The notes beneath the pieces were generated by a model. That model was not told the DNA's origin and made no database searches. It was given only the letters and a program-made list of their open reading frames with translations. 64,000 nucleotides of DNA from positions 33,598 through 97,597 of the forward strand of contig JBHLOX010000001.1 of assembly GCA_048940045.1 (NCBI GenBank). The letters are read 5' to 3'. Within the stretch, counting starts at the first letter, position 1; each line of letters begins with the position of its first letter. This DNA is from Promethearchaeota archaeon (lineage in GTDB: Archaea; Asgardarchaeota; Thorarchaeia; Thorarchaeales; Thorarchaeaceae). This document shows, in pieces, positions 33,445 through 42,242 of the stretch. The position numbers and the translations under genes are program-made.

Positions 33445-35024
33445 TCAACAGCTGCATAGCCTTTCTTGAGGATTGTATCTACTGCTTCCTCTGATTGTTC
33501 AGGATAATCTATGTTGTAGTGAGCGCCTCTACTCTCCTTACGCATTCTGGCGCTCCTGATAATCAATTCTGCGACTGTAGCGATGTTTCTTAGCTCGACA
33601 AGGTCCGGAGTGATCTTGAAGTCCCAGTAGAATTCGGCAATCTCCCTTGCTATGAATCCAATTCTGTTGTTTGCTCGGATTAAGCGTTTGTTTGATCTTG
33701 CGATTCCAACATAGTTAATCATTATACGACGAATCTCTTCCCACAGATGAGAGATCACAACCAATTCATCCGGGTCTGTGGCTTCTCCAGGATCCCAAGG
33801 AGGAATATCAATTGGTTTGATACCACTCGAGACCTCATCAGCAGCAGCAATAGCTGCATTCCGTGCTAGAACTGCAGCCTCTAGTAGAGAGTTAGATGCA
33901 AGTCGATTTGCACCATGGAATCCTGTGCAAGTGGTTTCACCAATGGCATATAGTCCCGCAACATCAGTCCGACCATGGATGTCAGTCTTGACACCACCCA
34001 TTATGTAATGGGCGGCGGGAACTACAGGAATCGGTTCTTTTGTAATATCTATCCCTGCAGTCAAGCAGGTTTCATAGATTTGGGGAAAACGATCTTTGAT
34101 ATAGGTGGCATCTTTGAATGATATATCAAGCCAGACATGGTCAGCACCCGTCTTTTTGAGTTCAGTATCAATTGCGCGGGCTACAACATCACGAGGGGCA
34201 AGCTCTCCATCTTCATGATGGTCTAACATGAACCTCTTCCCATCACGTCCTAATAATCGGGCTCCCTCTCCCCGAAGTGCCTCGGATATGAGAAAAGAAC
34301 GAACCTTGTGATGGTAGAGAAGCGTAGGATGAAACTGAACCATCTCGAGGTTCATCACAGTGGCGCCCGACCTAAATGCCATTGCGATACCATCACCTGT
34401 AGCCACATCGGGATTGCTTGTATAGAGAAAAACCCGACCAGCACCACCTGTGGCCAGGATGACGGTCTTGGCAACGAAGCGTTCAACTTCGTTCGTATTC
34501 TGGTCTAGGATGTATGCTCCATGGACTCTATTGTTTCTGACAAATAGATTCACAGCCATGTGGTTCTCATGGATTGTGATGTTCTTAGCTGTTTGTACTT
34601 GTTTTGTAAGTGCAATTTCAATGTCTTTCCCAGTATGATCTTTGACATGAAGTACTCGACGTCTGGTGTGTCCACCCTCCAGTCCAAGTTCATATTCTCC
34701 AGAGGATTTCTCATTACTGAAGTGAACACCGAGTTCCACTAGTTCTTTGATTATTGATGGTCCAGCCTGAACTATCTTCTCTACTACATCATGGTGACAG
34801 AGCCCATCTCCTACTCGAATCGTGTCCTCAAAATGCCGTTCGATTGAATCATCTTCAGAAACGACAGCAGCAATGCCCCCCTGTGCCTTCATTGTAGCAG
34901 AGTCTGTTAAACGTCCCTTGGTCACAAGGTTGACAGTTCCATATCGTGCAGCTTTCAATGAGAAAAGCTGACCAGATAGTCCACTGCCAATTACAAGAAA
35001 ATCCGATGAATAGACCTTTGACAT
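33441..35024 (-). CDS. nadB: L-aspartate oxidase
   Basis: DFLVIGSGLSGQ FAD motif, AQGGIAAV, RHFEDTIRVGDGLCHHDVV, HPT...ISEALRGEGA and NRLASNSLLE. The size is 527 aa. Confidence 0.9.
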   Translation of the reverse strand: MSKVYSSDFLVIGSGLSGQLFSLKAARYGTVNLVTKGRLTDSATMKAQGGIAAVVSEDDSIERHFEDTIRVGDGLCHHDVVEKIVQAGPSIIKELVELGVHFSNEKSSGEYELGLEGGHTRRRVLHVKDHTGKDIEIALTKQVQTAKNITIHENHMAVNLFVRNNRVHGAYILDQNTNEVERFVAKTVILATGGAGRVFLYTSNPDVATGDGIAMAFRSGATVMNLEMVQFHPTLLYHHKVRSFLISEALRGEGARLLGRDGKRFMLDHHEDGELAPRDVVARAIDTELKKTGADHVWLDISFKDATYIKDRFPQIYETCLTAGIDITKEPIPVVPAAHYIMGGVKTDIHGRTDVAGLYAIGETTCTGFHGANRLASNSLLEAAVLARNAAIAAADEVSSGIKPIDIPPWDPGEATDPDELVVISHLWEEIRRIMINYVGIARSNKRLIRANNRIGFIAREIAEFYWDFKITPDLVELRNIATVAELIIRSARMRKESRGAHYNIDYPEQSEEAVDTILKKGYAAVE

Positions 35025-35133
35025 CGCGATTTCTCCACATTTCGTTCAACATATTTGGCTCATAAGGCTTCGTGAAGGTCGTAGGAAGACATTAACATCA
35101 GCTTTGTTAATTAAGGTGTGATAGGATTGATGA

Positions 35134-35850
35134 GTGATGACGAACTGCGAGGAATGTAAACGATACGGATACTCTCGTACAAATCAAGAGGTATTCCCAT
35201 GTGCACTCTGTGGGGAGCTAAGATGCGAAGACCACACAATTTGGGTGCCGGCCCACGAGATTGATAGACCGTTCGAGGAGAACCAGGCACTCATCAGCTT
35301 GATGGGGAAAAATGCAAAACAAGGTGGATGGTACTGCTTCTGCGGGAGGCCATCACATATCCCACGGGGTGTCCCCTATCGTGCAGGTCCAGGCAAAGAA
35401 GGAGGCAAGATTGTTACACCTATTCTCGAGCATGAGAAGAAACCGGGTCTCGAGATGTTCCGGATGTGGGAAACGGGGGTCATTGAAGATGGATTTGAAA
35501 AATCTTGGGAAACCAATCATTACGCTTTATCCTGTTCGGTGGCAACTATCATGGTCCTTGCAGCCAACCTCCATGCAACAATGGGAGCCACGCCAGGCTT
35601 ACTTGAAAAGATCTATAACACAGCCATACAACCCCTAGGTGAGAAGAAGGACACATTTTTTGTACCATCAAAACAGATGTTTGAGGTTGTGGTTTCAAAA
35701 TCCCCTGAGATGAGAGTGATTGTTGAGCTCCTATGTTCGCGCTGTGTTGTAGTACCATGTCTGAACAGACAAGCGCCATTCTTTGATCAAAAACTCTACA
35801 TGACACTTGTCAAGTTTCCAGAATTACTCTCTGCAGAACCAGAGGATTAA
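35134..35850 (+). CDS. Hypothetical protein with an N-terminal Cys-rich (zinc-ribbon-like) segment
   Basis: CEECKRY...CALCGELRCEDH and CFCGRPSH. No other recognisable motif. Confidence 0.45.
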   Translation: MMTNCEECKRYGYSRTNQEVFPCALCGELRCEDHTIWVPAHEIDRPFEENQALISLMGKNAKQGGWYCFCGRPSHIPRGVPYRAGPGKEGGKIVTPILEHEKKPGLEMFRMWETGVIEDGFEKSWETNHYALSCSVATIMVLAANLHATMGATPGLLEKIYNTAIQPLGEKKDTFFVPSKQMFEVVVSKSPEMRVIVELLCSRCVVVPCLNRQAPFFDQKLYMTLVKFPELLSAEPED

Positions 35851-35917
35851 ATTCTGTTTAACAATCTCATATAGTATTAAAAATGTAATATACGAGCTCA
35901 TCTTGAGGCTGGCAAGG

Positions 35918-36796
35918 ATGGATATCGAAGGAATTGTCATTTTTGATGCCGCAGCAGGTATTCCTCTCTTTTCTAGGATGAAGACGAAGATTGATCCCTC
36001 ACTATTTTCCAGCTTCATTTCCGCCATCGGTCATTTCACAAAGGAGCTCCATTTCGGAGGTTTGTCTTCATTCACCACTGAGGAGAAAGTGATCTATTTA
36101 GCTCCAAGAGACAAGATTATCACAGCACTAATCGCTCCCAAGAAGAAAGAGTATCAGATGGCATATTCCTTGGCAAACGAGCTGGGAAGGCAGTTCGAAG
36201 AAATTGGTGGAACCTCGAACATAGCTCAAAGAGATATATATCATGAGTTCGCAGAAGTAGCTGATCAGTATCTCAGGAAAATTCAGAACCCATTCCTAAC
36301 TAGAGTTTCGGAGTTCATTCAAAGCGAGTACTCGGGAGAGGTATCCGTTAGACCAAACCTAATGAAGCGTGATGGCTCACAGGGAACTGTGGATCTGCTG
36401 ATTGATACTGGTAAAAAGAGCACTGATGGTGCAAAACAGACTGGTAAGTTTGGAGAAAACTACAGCTTTGTCAAGGTAATAGATTCAAGAGTGCGTAGAG
36501 TTCATGTCATTGATTTCATTGACACTCTAGATAACTTTGGAGTCCTTGTAATGAAGAAGGACGAGATGATAGTACAACCGTACTTCCCAGCAAGAGCCAT
36601 AATTGTAGGAAGAGAGTATGACCCAGAGGCTATTGAATTCCTCAAGAAACTTCCCAAGGGCAAGATTGGGAGGTATGTTGATGGTGCCTACGTATATGCG
36701 GGTCTCAAACTAAAGGGCATCCCAAAAGAAACACGCTGTGTAGTTGATGTTTGGCTGTGGCACGATGATATTAAGCCAGAACGTGTCGAATTCTAA
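35918..36796 (+). CDS. Protein with an N-terminal longin/roadblock-like alpha/beta domain and an unknown C-terminal domain
   Basis: MDIEGIVIFDAAAGIPLFSRM...DPSLFSSFISAIGHFTKEL..GGLSSFTTEEKVIYLAPRDKIITALIAP follows the longin/roadblock regulatory-domain pattern. The ORF is open from 35807, but ATG 35918 follows an AT-rich stretch and avoids overlap with the upstream gene. Confidence 0.4.
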   Translation: MDIEGIVIFDAAAGIPLFSRMKTKIDPSLFSSFISAIGHFTKELHFGGLSSFTTEEKVIYLAPRDKIITALIAPKKKEYQMAYSLANELGRQFEEIGGTSNIAQRDIYHEFAEVADQYLRKIQNPFLTRVSEFIQSEYSGEVSVRPNLMKRDGSQGTVDLLIDTGKKSTDGAKQTGKFGENYSFVKVIDSRVRRVHVIDFIDTLDNFGVLVMKKDEMIVQPYFPARAIIVGREYDPEAIEFLKKLPKGKIGRYVDGAYVYAGLKLKGIPKETRCVVDVWLWHDDIKPERVEF

Positions 36797-36816
36797 AGAT
36801 TCCTAGAGTCTTGACA

Positions 36817-39162
36817 CTAGCGATGATAGGTCAACACCACATCATTCGCTAATGGAACAAGTTTGAGGTGAGGTGAGCGATTTTTCACCGCCCGTTCCAC
36901 AACACTGCCACCATATGCCTTAACCATTCGCAGAGGAACGGTTTCAGGAACATGGATCTCAATCTCCTCTGGAAGGATTTCCATCCCGGTTTCAATTTGA
37001 TGTTGATTCGCGGATAAGCCTATTTCAATATGGATCTTACCAAACTTAGTGTGAAGACCTTTAATGATGAGAGCCTTTTTAGATGTGAACCATTCACTCG
37101 GGATTCCAGCCAGGAAGATCAAGTTATTCTGGTCCTCTTGAACCAGCATATCACTCAAGAGAAGGATGATATCTGCAGCAGCCAGCGCACTTGATCCAAC
37201 TCCACCGCTACCCCCAAAAGTTCTAGGATTTACGAAGTCTGGAAGCAGATAGTCTTGCGACAAAAACTCAAGTGCTCTTCGAAGAATTGGCTCAGCTCCA
37301 TCTCGCTGCTTGTCCCAGACATGAAACTGCGCTATTCTCAGGGCAAGATGACTGGATAAAGACTCAGAGGATTCCTTTGTCTTCCAAAGATAACGCAGAA
37401 GCCGTCTGCCAGAGATCTTCCTGCACAAATCACGTAAGTAGCTGATATCCAAGTCATGAATCTTAAATTGAACAACGCTAGTCAAGATATCGAGAATTGC
37501 TCTATCAATCTCCAGCATTCGTGGATCATTGGATCTTGGCCACCGGGCACTCCTAATCTCGTCAAGTCTCTCCCGTATACGAGCCTCAACAAGGGGAATC
37601 GTGTTCTTTATTTTGTCGACCAGGCTGACCTTAGTTAGAGCAAAGTAACTCTGACTCTCCCTGAGAGCTGAAAGATCCCAGAGTAATTCATTAAACTCTT
37701 GGAGTAGACTCTCATCCAAAACTCGATAGTGTTCCAATGGAACATCGTCAGTTTCATCAGGTCTTTCTGATGAGGAATCAACCACTTTCCTCCGAGGCCT
37801 TCCTACTTCCAAAGCAGTGACTAGACCTTCAGCTAATTGCGCGAGATACTCGATGTTCTCTTGGATAGACTCCTTCTCGATAGAATACCCTTGTAGCTGA
37901 AGAAGACCCCAGAGAAGTGGACTAAATATGGTTGTGTCTAAGGAAGTATCTGACTCCTTGAAGATTCGCGCAGCTTGATTTGTGATTTGACTGGCAACAT
38001 CAACAACGCCAGACTTGATCAGTGCATAGAGAACCCTCATTCGATCTCTCCACCTGAAAGGCGAGTTGTCCCCTTCTTCAGGGAATAATACAGTTTGTGA
38101 TTGAATGGCAAGAGAAACAGCGGCCTGTGATAGAACCTCGTTCAGTTCCTCATCAGGAAAGATTGCCACTCCCCTCTGCCGTGTAAAATCATACCACTTT
38201 CCAATTGCTTGATCTCGATTACGACTCTCAGGTTTCCACTCAGCCAAGGACTCCATGTAAGAAGATGGTTCAAGGGGCGAGGCAAAGACTATTGTCTTGG
38301 TTCCTGCAGGAGGCAGTGAAATATTGAATCTGAGAATTGCGGTACAAAGACCCTCTTTAGAGGCCTTTTTGTAGTCATACCGAATTTGGTCAGATTGTAT
38401 AATATCAGGAATGGTTGTATCATTTGCTTCAACCAAGTAAACTGCAGAAGGTGCCATGTCAACTTGAAGCGCAATGGATTCATTCGCGAGTATTTGGTTT
38501 GTCACAGGGTCAAACTCTAGGTTCTCAAGAGGTTCAAACCCTAACACAGACATGGGTCTAAGCACCGCATAGAAGGTGACTCTCGTCTTCTCAAGGGCTA
38601 TGTTCTTCAGAATCACCTCATTTGAGAGATATTCTAGTCCATCCTGTTCAGCATGGTAGAGTAATCTTGTGAACTCAACTGATTTGACATCAGTTTTCCA
38701 TTCATAGAGCTGATCTTCCGAAGAAACTAGTTTTAACTGTGGTTCATCTTTTCCCATAAGGGCTGGAAAGATGACACCCTCAGTTCCTAGAACCCAGATA
38801 TCTACAGACCCACAGTCTGGAGAGGCAGTCACCAGTCCACGAGAGTCTGTTATCCCGAATTTCTTTGACCCTACACCTCCGATCAATGACCAGTTTCGAT
38901 AGGAATTGTTTGGCAGTTCGGTGATCAGGGTTTCTTCCTTTCCAAGTCCTTTCAGGGTAAGGTCTACCCATGAGGGGAGCATCCATGGTTCAGCCTCAAG
39001 ATAGACAGATGCATTGAGTTGCTCTCTAAGATACTCGATTTCACTTTCTACAAGCGTGTCAGGTTCAGGGAGTGCTATATCATGTTTCATAGATACTCTC
39101 CTGAACCGTTTCAAACGAGCAAAATCATCCTTGGCCAAGTCAAAGAACCTCTTCAGGAACAC
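36817..39162 (-). CDS. Large hypothetical protein, possibly an (alpha/alpha)6-barrel glycoside-hydrolase-like fold in the C-terminal half
   Basis: 781-aa ORF. RWRDRMRVLYALIKSG and GGVGSSALAAADIILLL faintly resemble GH15/debranching-enzyme blocks. Weak. Confidence 0.5.
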   Translation of the reverse strand: MFLKRFFDLAKDDFARLKRFRRVSMKHDIALPEPDTLVESEIEYLREQLNASVYLEAEPWMLPSWVDLTLKGLGKEETLITELPNNSYRNWSLIGGVGSKKFGITDSRGLVTASPDCGSVDIWVLGTEGVIFPALMGKDEPQLKLVSSEDQLYEWKTDVKSVEFTRLLYHAEQDGLEYLSNEVILKNIALEKTRVTFYAVLRPMSVLGFEPLENLEFDPVTNQILANESIALQVDMAPSAVYLVEANDTTIPDIIQSDQIRYDYKKASKEGLCTAILRFNISLPPAGTKTIVFASPLEPSSYMESLAEWKPESRNRDQAIGKWYDFTRQRGVAIFPDEELNEVLSQAAVSLAIQSQTVLFPEEGDNSPFRWRDRMRVLYALIKSGVVDVASQITNQAARIFKESDTSLDTTIFSPLLWGLLQLQGYSIEKESIQENIEYLAQLAEGLVTALEVGRPRRKVVDSSSERPDETDDVPLEHYRVLDESLLQEFNELLWDLSALRESQSYFALTKVSLVDKIKNTIPLVEARIRERLDEIRSARWPRSNDPRMLEIDRAILDILTSVVQFKIHDLDISYLRDLCRKISGRRLLRYLWKTKESSESLSSHLALRIAQFHVWDKQRDGAEPILRRALEFLSQDYLLPDFVNPRTFGGSGGVGSSALAAADIILLLSDMLVQEDQNNLIFLAGIPSEWFTSKKALIIKGLHTKFGKIHIEIGLSANQHQIETGMEILPEEIEIHVPETVPLRMVKAYGGSVVERAVKNRSPHLKLVPLANDVVLTYHR

Positions 39163-39365
39163 ACTTCATGATAGACGGTCTGAATAGGTTCTAGCCCTTT
39201 ATTTGTTTGTTTAGGCTAGCTGGCGAAAAAACGACCTTAGCCCTTTTCCATGAACTAGATGACAGGTGGTAAACCCTTAATAGAGTTCAACTGAAGGTTG
39301 CCTTCGTTAAGGATAAAAAAGAGCCCCTAGATGAATCTAGAGCCACTGATAAAGAGGGAACAAGA

Positions 39366-40550
39366 ATGGCGGAAGTTCTCACAAAACCATCCAGACGCAT
39401 CAGGAACATGGTTATGAAAGAGCTTCGGCTGATAATTAAAGACAAAGTTGCCCTCTTACTTATTTTCCTACTTCCCGCTGCACTCATCGGGATGCTCTGG
39501 TATGTTACTAATGAGAGCAGCTTGGGAGGGATGGGGATGGGTGGTGGAACTGGTATAGGCGGTGGGGATGATATTGGTAATGAAACAGTCACAGAGGATG
39601 CTGTTAAATTAGGCATTGTGAATCTTGACGAAACCAGAGGCTATTATGGAGAAGAAATCCTTTCGGATAACCTAACGGCGTTTTTTGAAACAATGGCGAA
39701 TGTAACGATGTTTAACACTACAGCTGATGCGTATCGGGCTTTGTACGAACAGCAGATTGATGCTTACATTGTGATTCCAAATGGTTTTGAGTACAACCTT
39801 ACAGAGAACTTTCCAACATATATCGAGGTTCATTATGATGGAAATGACCTCTTTGGATCTGCAGCCATTCAAGGAATTGTTCAAGCTGGAACAATCCTGT
39901 TCAGAGCTTCCAAGCTCTGGATTCGGTCTGAGGTGTTCCCAGGCGTAATTATCGAGTTCACTCCGGAGGGAGGATACCTTGAAAGTGTGTTTGGTGGATT
40001 CATCGTCATTTTCTCAAGCTATCTCGGAATCGCCATGACTTCAGCCCAGTCAATTGTAGGTGACATACCATTACGGAGAATGCTACTCACACCAACTAGT
40101 AGGCTAGAAGTCGTTGTTGCGAAAGTGATTGGATATGTGATCATTGGATTTTTCCAGTCACTCCTATTGGTTACACTGTGGGTCCTTGCGTTCAATCTCA
40201 GTCTGAACACGAGCTTCATCTCGCTCGTAGTCATCATGAGTCTGAGTTCGCTAACAGGATCTGCCACAGGGATTTTGATCTCAGCGGTTGCGAGTACGAG
40301 ATTGCAGGCGAATCAGATGTTTCTCTTTGTGCTATTTGGCACCCTTATTCTCTCAGGGTTCTTCCTTGATGTAGGAATCCTAGATAGAATTCTTCCAATG
40401 AACCAAGGACTCAACCTCTTAATTGACACAGCATTCAAGGGACTCACACTTCTAGAGGTAATAGATAGAGTCCTCACACTTTTCGGATTTTCAGCCATAG
40501 CAATTCTGACTGCTACGTTCGTATTCTCAAAGAAACCAACACTGGGTTAG
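39366..40550 (+). CDS. ABC-2 type transporter permease
   Basis: One N-terminal TM helix, a ~170-aa external loop, then five C-terminal TM helices. This is the ABC2_membrane_3-type topology. The stop abuts the next gene's start. Confidence 0.75.
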   Translation: MAEVLTKPSRRIRNMVMKELRLIIKDKVALLLIFLLPAALIGMLWYVTNESSLGGMGMGGGTGIGGGDDIGNETVTEDAVKLGIVNLDETRGYYGEEILSDNLTAFFETMANVTMFNTTADAYRALYEQQIDAYIVIPNGFEYNLTENFPTYIEVHYDGNDLFGSAAIQGIVQAGTILFRASKLWIRSEVFPGVIIEFTPEGGYLESVFGGFIVIFSSYLGIAMTSAQSIVGDIPLRRMLLTPTSRLEVVVAKVIGYVIIGFFQSLLLVTLWVLAFNLSLNTSFISLVVIMSLSSLTGSATGILISAVASTRLQANQMFLFVLFGTLILSGFFLDVGILDRILPMNQGLNLLIDTAFKGLTLLEVIDRVLTLFGFSAIAILTATFVFSKKPTLG

Positions 40551-42242
40551 GTGATTCTAAAGATGCTTCAAGACATAGACCGATTGGATTCGCATGATGA
40601 AGAGAAACCAGTCTTTGTTGAAGAAGGGTACTTCTCTGGTGCTCGGATGGGCGAAGCCATTGATTGGTGTATCACACGGCAAGATCGTGAGCTACATTGT
40701 GAGGTCGAAGGAAAGCTGACTTCAACGGGTAAAGAGGTGAAGTTCAGAGGGCGAATCCTGAAGGTCAAGAAAGGAGTCCTGACACGTCGGATTGCTGTAT
40801 ATGTAGAGGAGGACCTTCGGAGACAACGAGCAGGAGAACTTGACAAGGTTCTCACTGTTGGAGGTGAGGGAACAAGTCAGGAGGATGTAGCGGCCGCTCA
40901 AGTCACTGTACAGAACTACTTGAAGAGAAACATGGCTGATGACCTGTACTATGATGGTAGAGACCTCCAACAGGCTGTGAAGGATCTAGAGAAGATGAAG
41001 AGTCAGGAAATAGAGTGTACGGTTTGGGGTCGTAGAGGTTCTGATAAGACCATGATCATGATTAAGGGAACAGTTGTTGGCGCAGCAACAAGACCGGCCC
41101 CAATTCTGCCAGAGGGGACTCTTGAGGTGAGAGTCGCTCCTGAGGAGGAGGTGGGAGACCCAAAGATCTATCTGATTGCACAACCTCAACTTCTAATTGG
41201 GCCCAGTTACAACCCAAACCTCACTGTCGTTGCTGACAAGGTCTACATTATTCCATTTGCTTGGAAACAGGCTCCTGAATACAGAGATGTCCTTGCAGCC
41301 AGAAACCTTACTGTGACCATTAAAAGTGGAAAGAGACTCATCGAGAATGTATCATTCTCTATGCGGGAAGGAGAGATGTTAGCTATCATCGGTGAGTCTG
41401 GTGCTGGTAAGTCAACCACGGTGAAAGCACTGATTGGTGACATCCCAAGTACAGGTGTTGCCAGAATAGCTGGGATTGACTCTCGACAAACACAGAAGGT
41501 TCGGCACTTTTTCGGATACTGTCCGCAAGACCTGTCATATATGTATGAAACCTTCACCCCTCTCGAGAACATCATTGCCTTTGGAAAACAATACGATATT
41601 CCTGAGTGGCAGCTCATTCAGAGAGGAAAGACACTCTTGAGGGACTTTGGCATATTGGAGAAAGGAAATAATCCCACAAAGAAGCTTAGTGGTGGTGAAC
41701 AGAGGCGGGTTTCTGTTGGTATCGCACTCGCCCACAAGCCCAAAGTACTCCTAATGGATGAACCGACTTCAGGTTTAGATCCTGACAACAGGAATGAGCT
41801 TTGGAGCTATCTCACCTACATCAATCAAGAGTATGGAACATCAATTGTTGTCATTACACATTATCCAGTCGAGTCAGAGTTCTGTGACAAGGTGGCAGTC
41901 TTCATGCGTGGCAAGAGTTTAGTCGCATTTGGAAGTCCAGCGACATTGAAGGAGTCAATGCCCTCCAGAGGATTTGCTGTTGGTATTGTTCTGGAAGAGG
42001 TGGACCCAAGAGCACGTAAAACATTAGAGAAGGTCAAGGGAGTTCGCTTTGTATTGCAGAGAGGAGAGCTCCTCAAGATTTTCACTGATGAACCTCTAGA
42101 AGTGATTGCAGAGAGATGCGTTTCTGCTTTGAAGGAACAGGACATCCCAGTCAAGATTGTGAAGACAAAGTCGGTAGCTGACATGGTAGATTACTATGTA
42201 GCTATTACTCGAGGTCTTATTCAAGGCACTATTGAGAAGTGA
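40551..42242 (+). CDS. ABC transporter ATP-binding protein with an unknown ~260-aa N-terminal extension
   Basis: The C-terminal NBD has Walker A GESGAGKST, signature LSGGEQRR and Walker B VLLMDEPTSGLD. The N-terminal 260 aa show no recognisable motif. An alternative ATG lies at 40563. Confidence 0.85.
   Translation: MILKMLQDIDRLDSHDEEKPVFVEEGYFSGARMGEAIDWCITRQDRELHCEVEGKLTSTGKEVKFRGRILKVKKGVLTRRIAVYVEEDLRRQRAGELDKVLTVGGEGTSQEDVAAAQVTVQNYLKRNMADDLYYDGRDLQQAVKDLEKMKSQEIECTVWGRRGSDKTMIMIKGTVVGAATRPAPILPEGTLEVRVAPEEEVGDPKIYLIAQPQLLIGPSYNPNLTVVADKVYIIPFAWKQAPEYRDVLAARNLTVTIKSGKRLIENVSFSMREGEMLAIIGESGAGKSTTVKALIGDIPSTGVARIAGIDSRQTQKVRHFFGYCPQDLSYMYETFTPLENIIAFGKQYDIPEWQLIQRGKTLLRDFGILEKGNNPTKKLSGGEQRRVSVGIALAHKPKVLLMDEPTSGLDPDNRNELWSYLTYINQEYGTSIVVITHYPVESEFCDKVAVFMRGKSLVAFGSPATLKESMPSRGFAVGIVLEEVDPRARKTLEKVKGVRFVLQRGELLKIFTDEPLEVIAERCVSALKEQDIPVKIVKTKSVADMVDYYVAITRGLIQGTIEK

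Noticed and set aside
39163-39365. I searched the 200-nt region upstream of the giant-protein operon for a clear BRE/TATA promoter or operator repeats.
   Set aside because: Only weak AT-rich candidates (ccctttatttg, cccttaatagag) are present, with no repeats or palindromes. That is not enough to call a feature.
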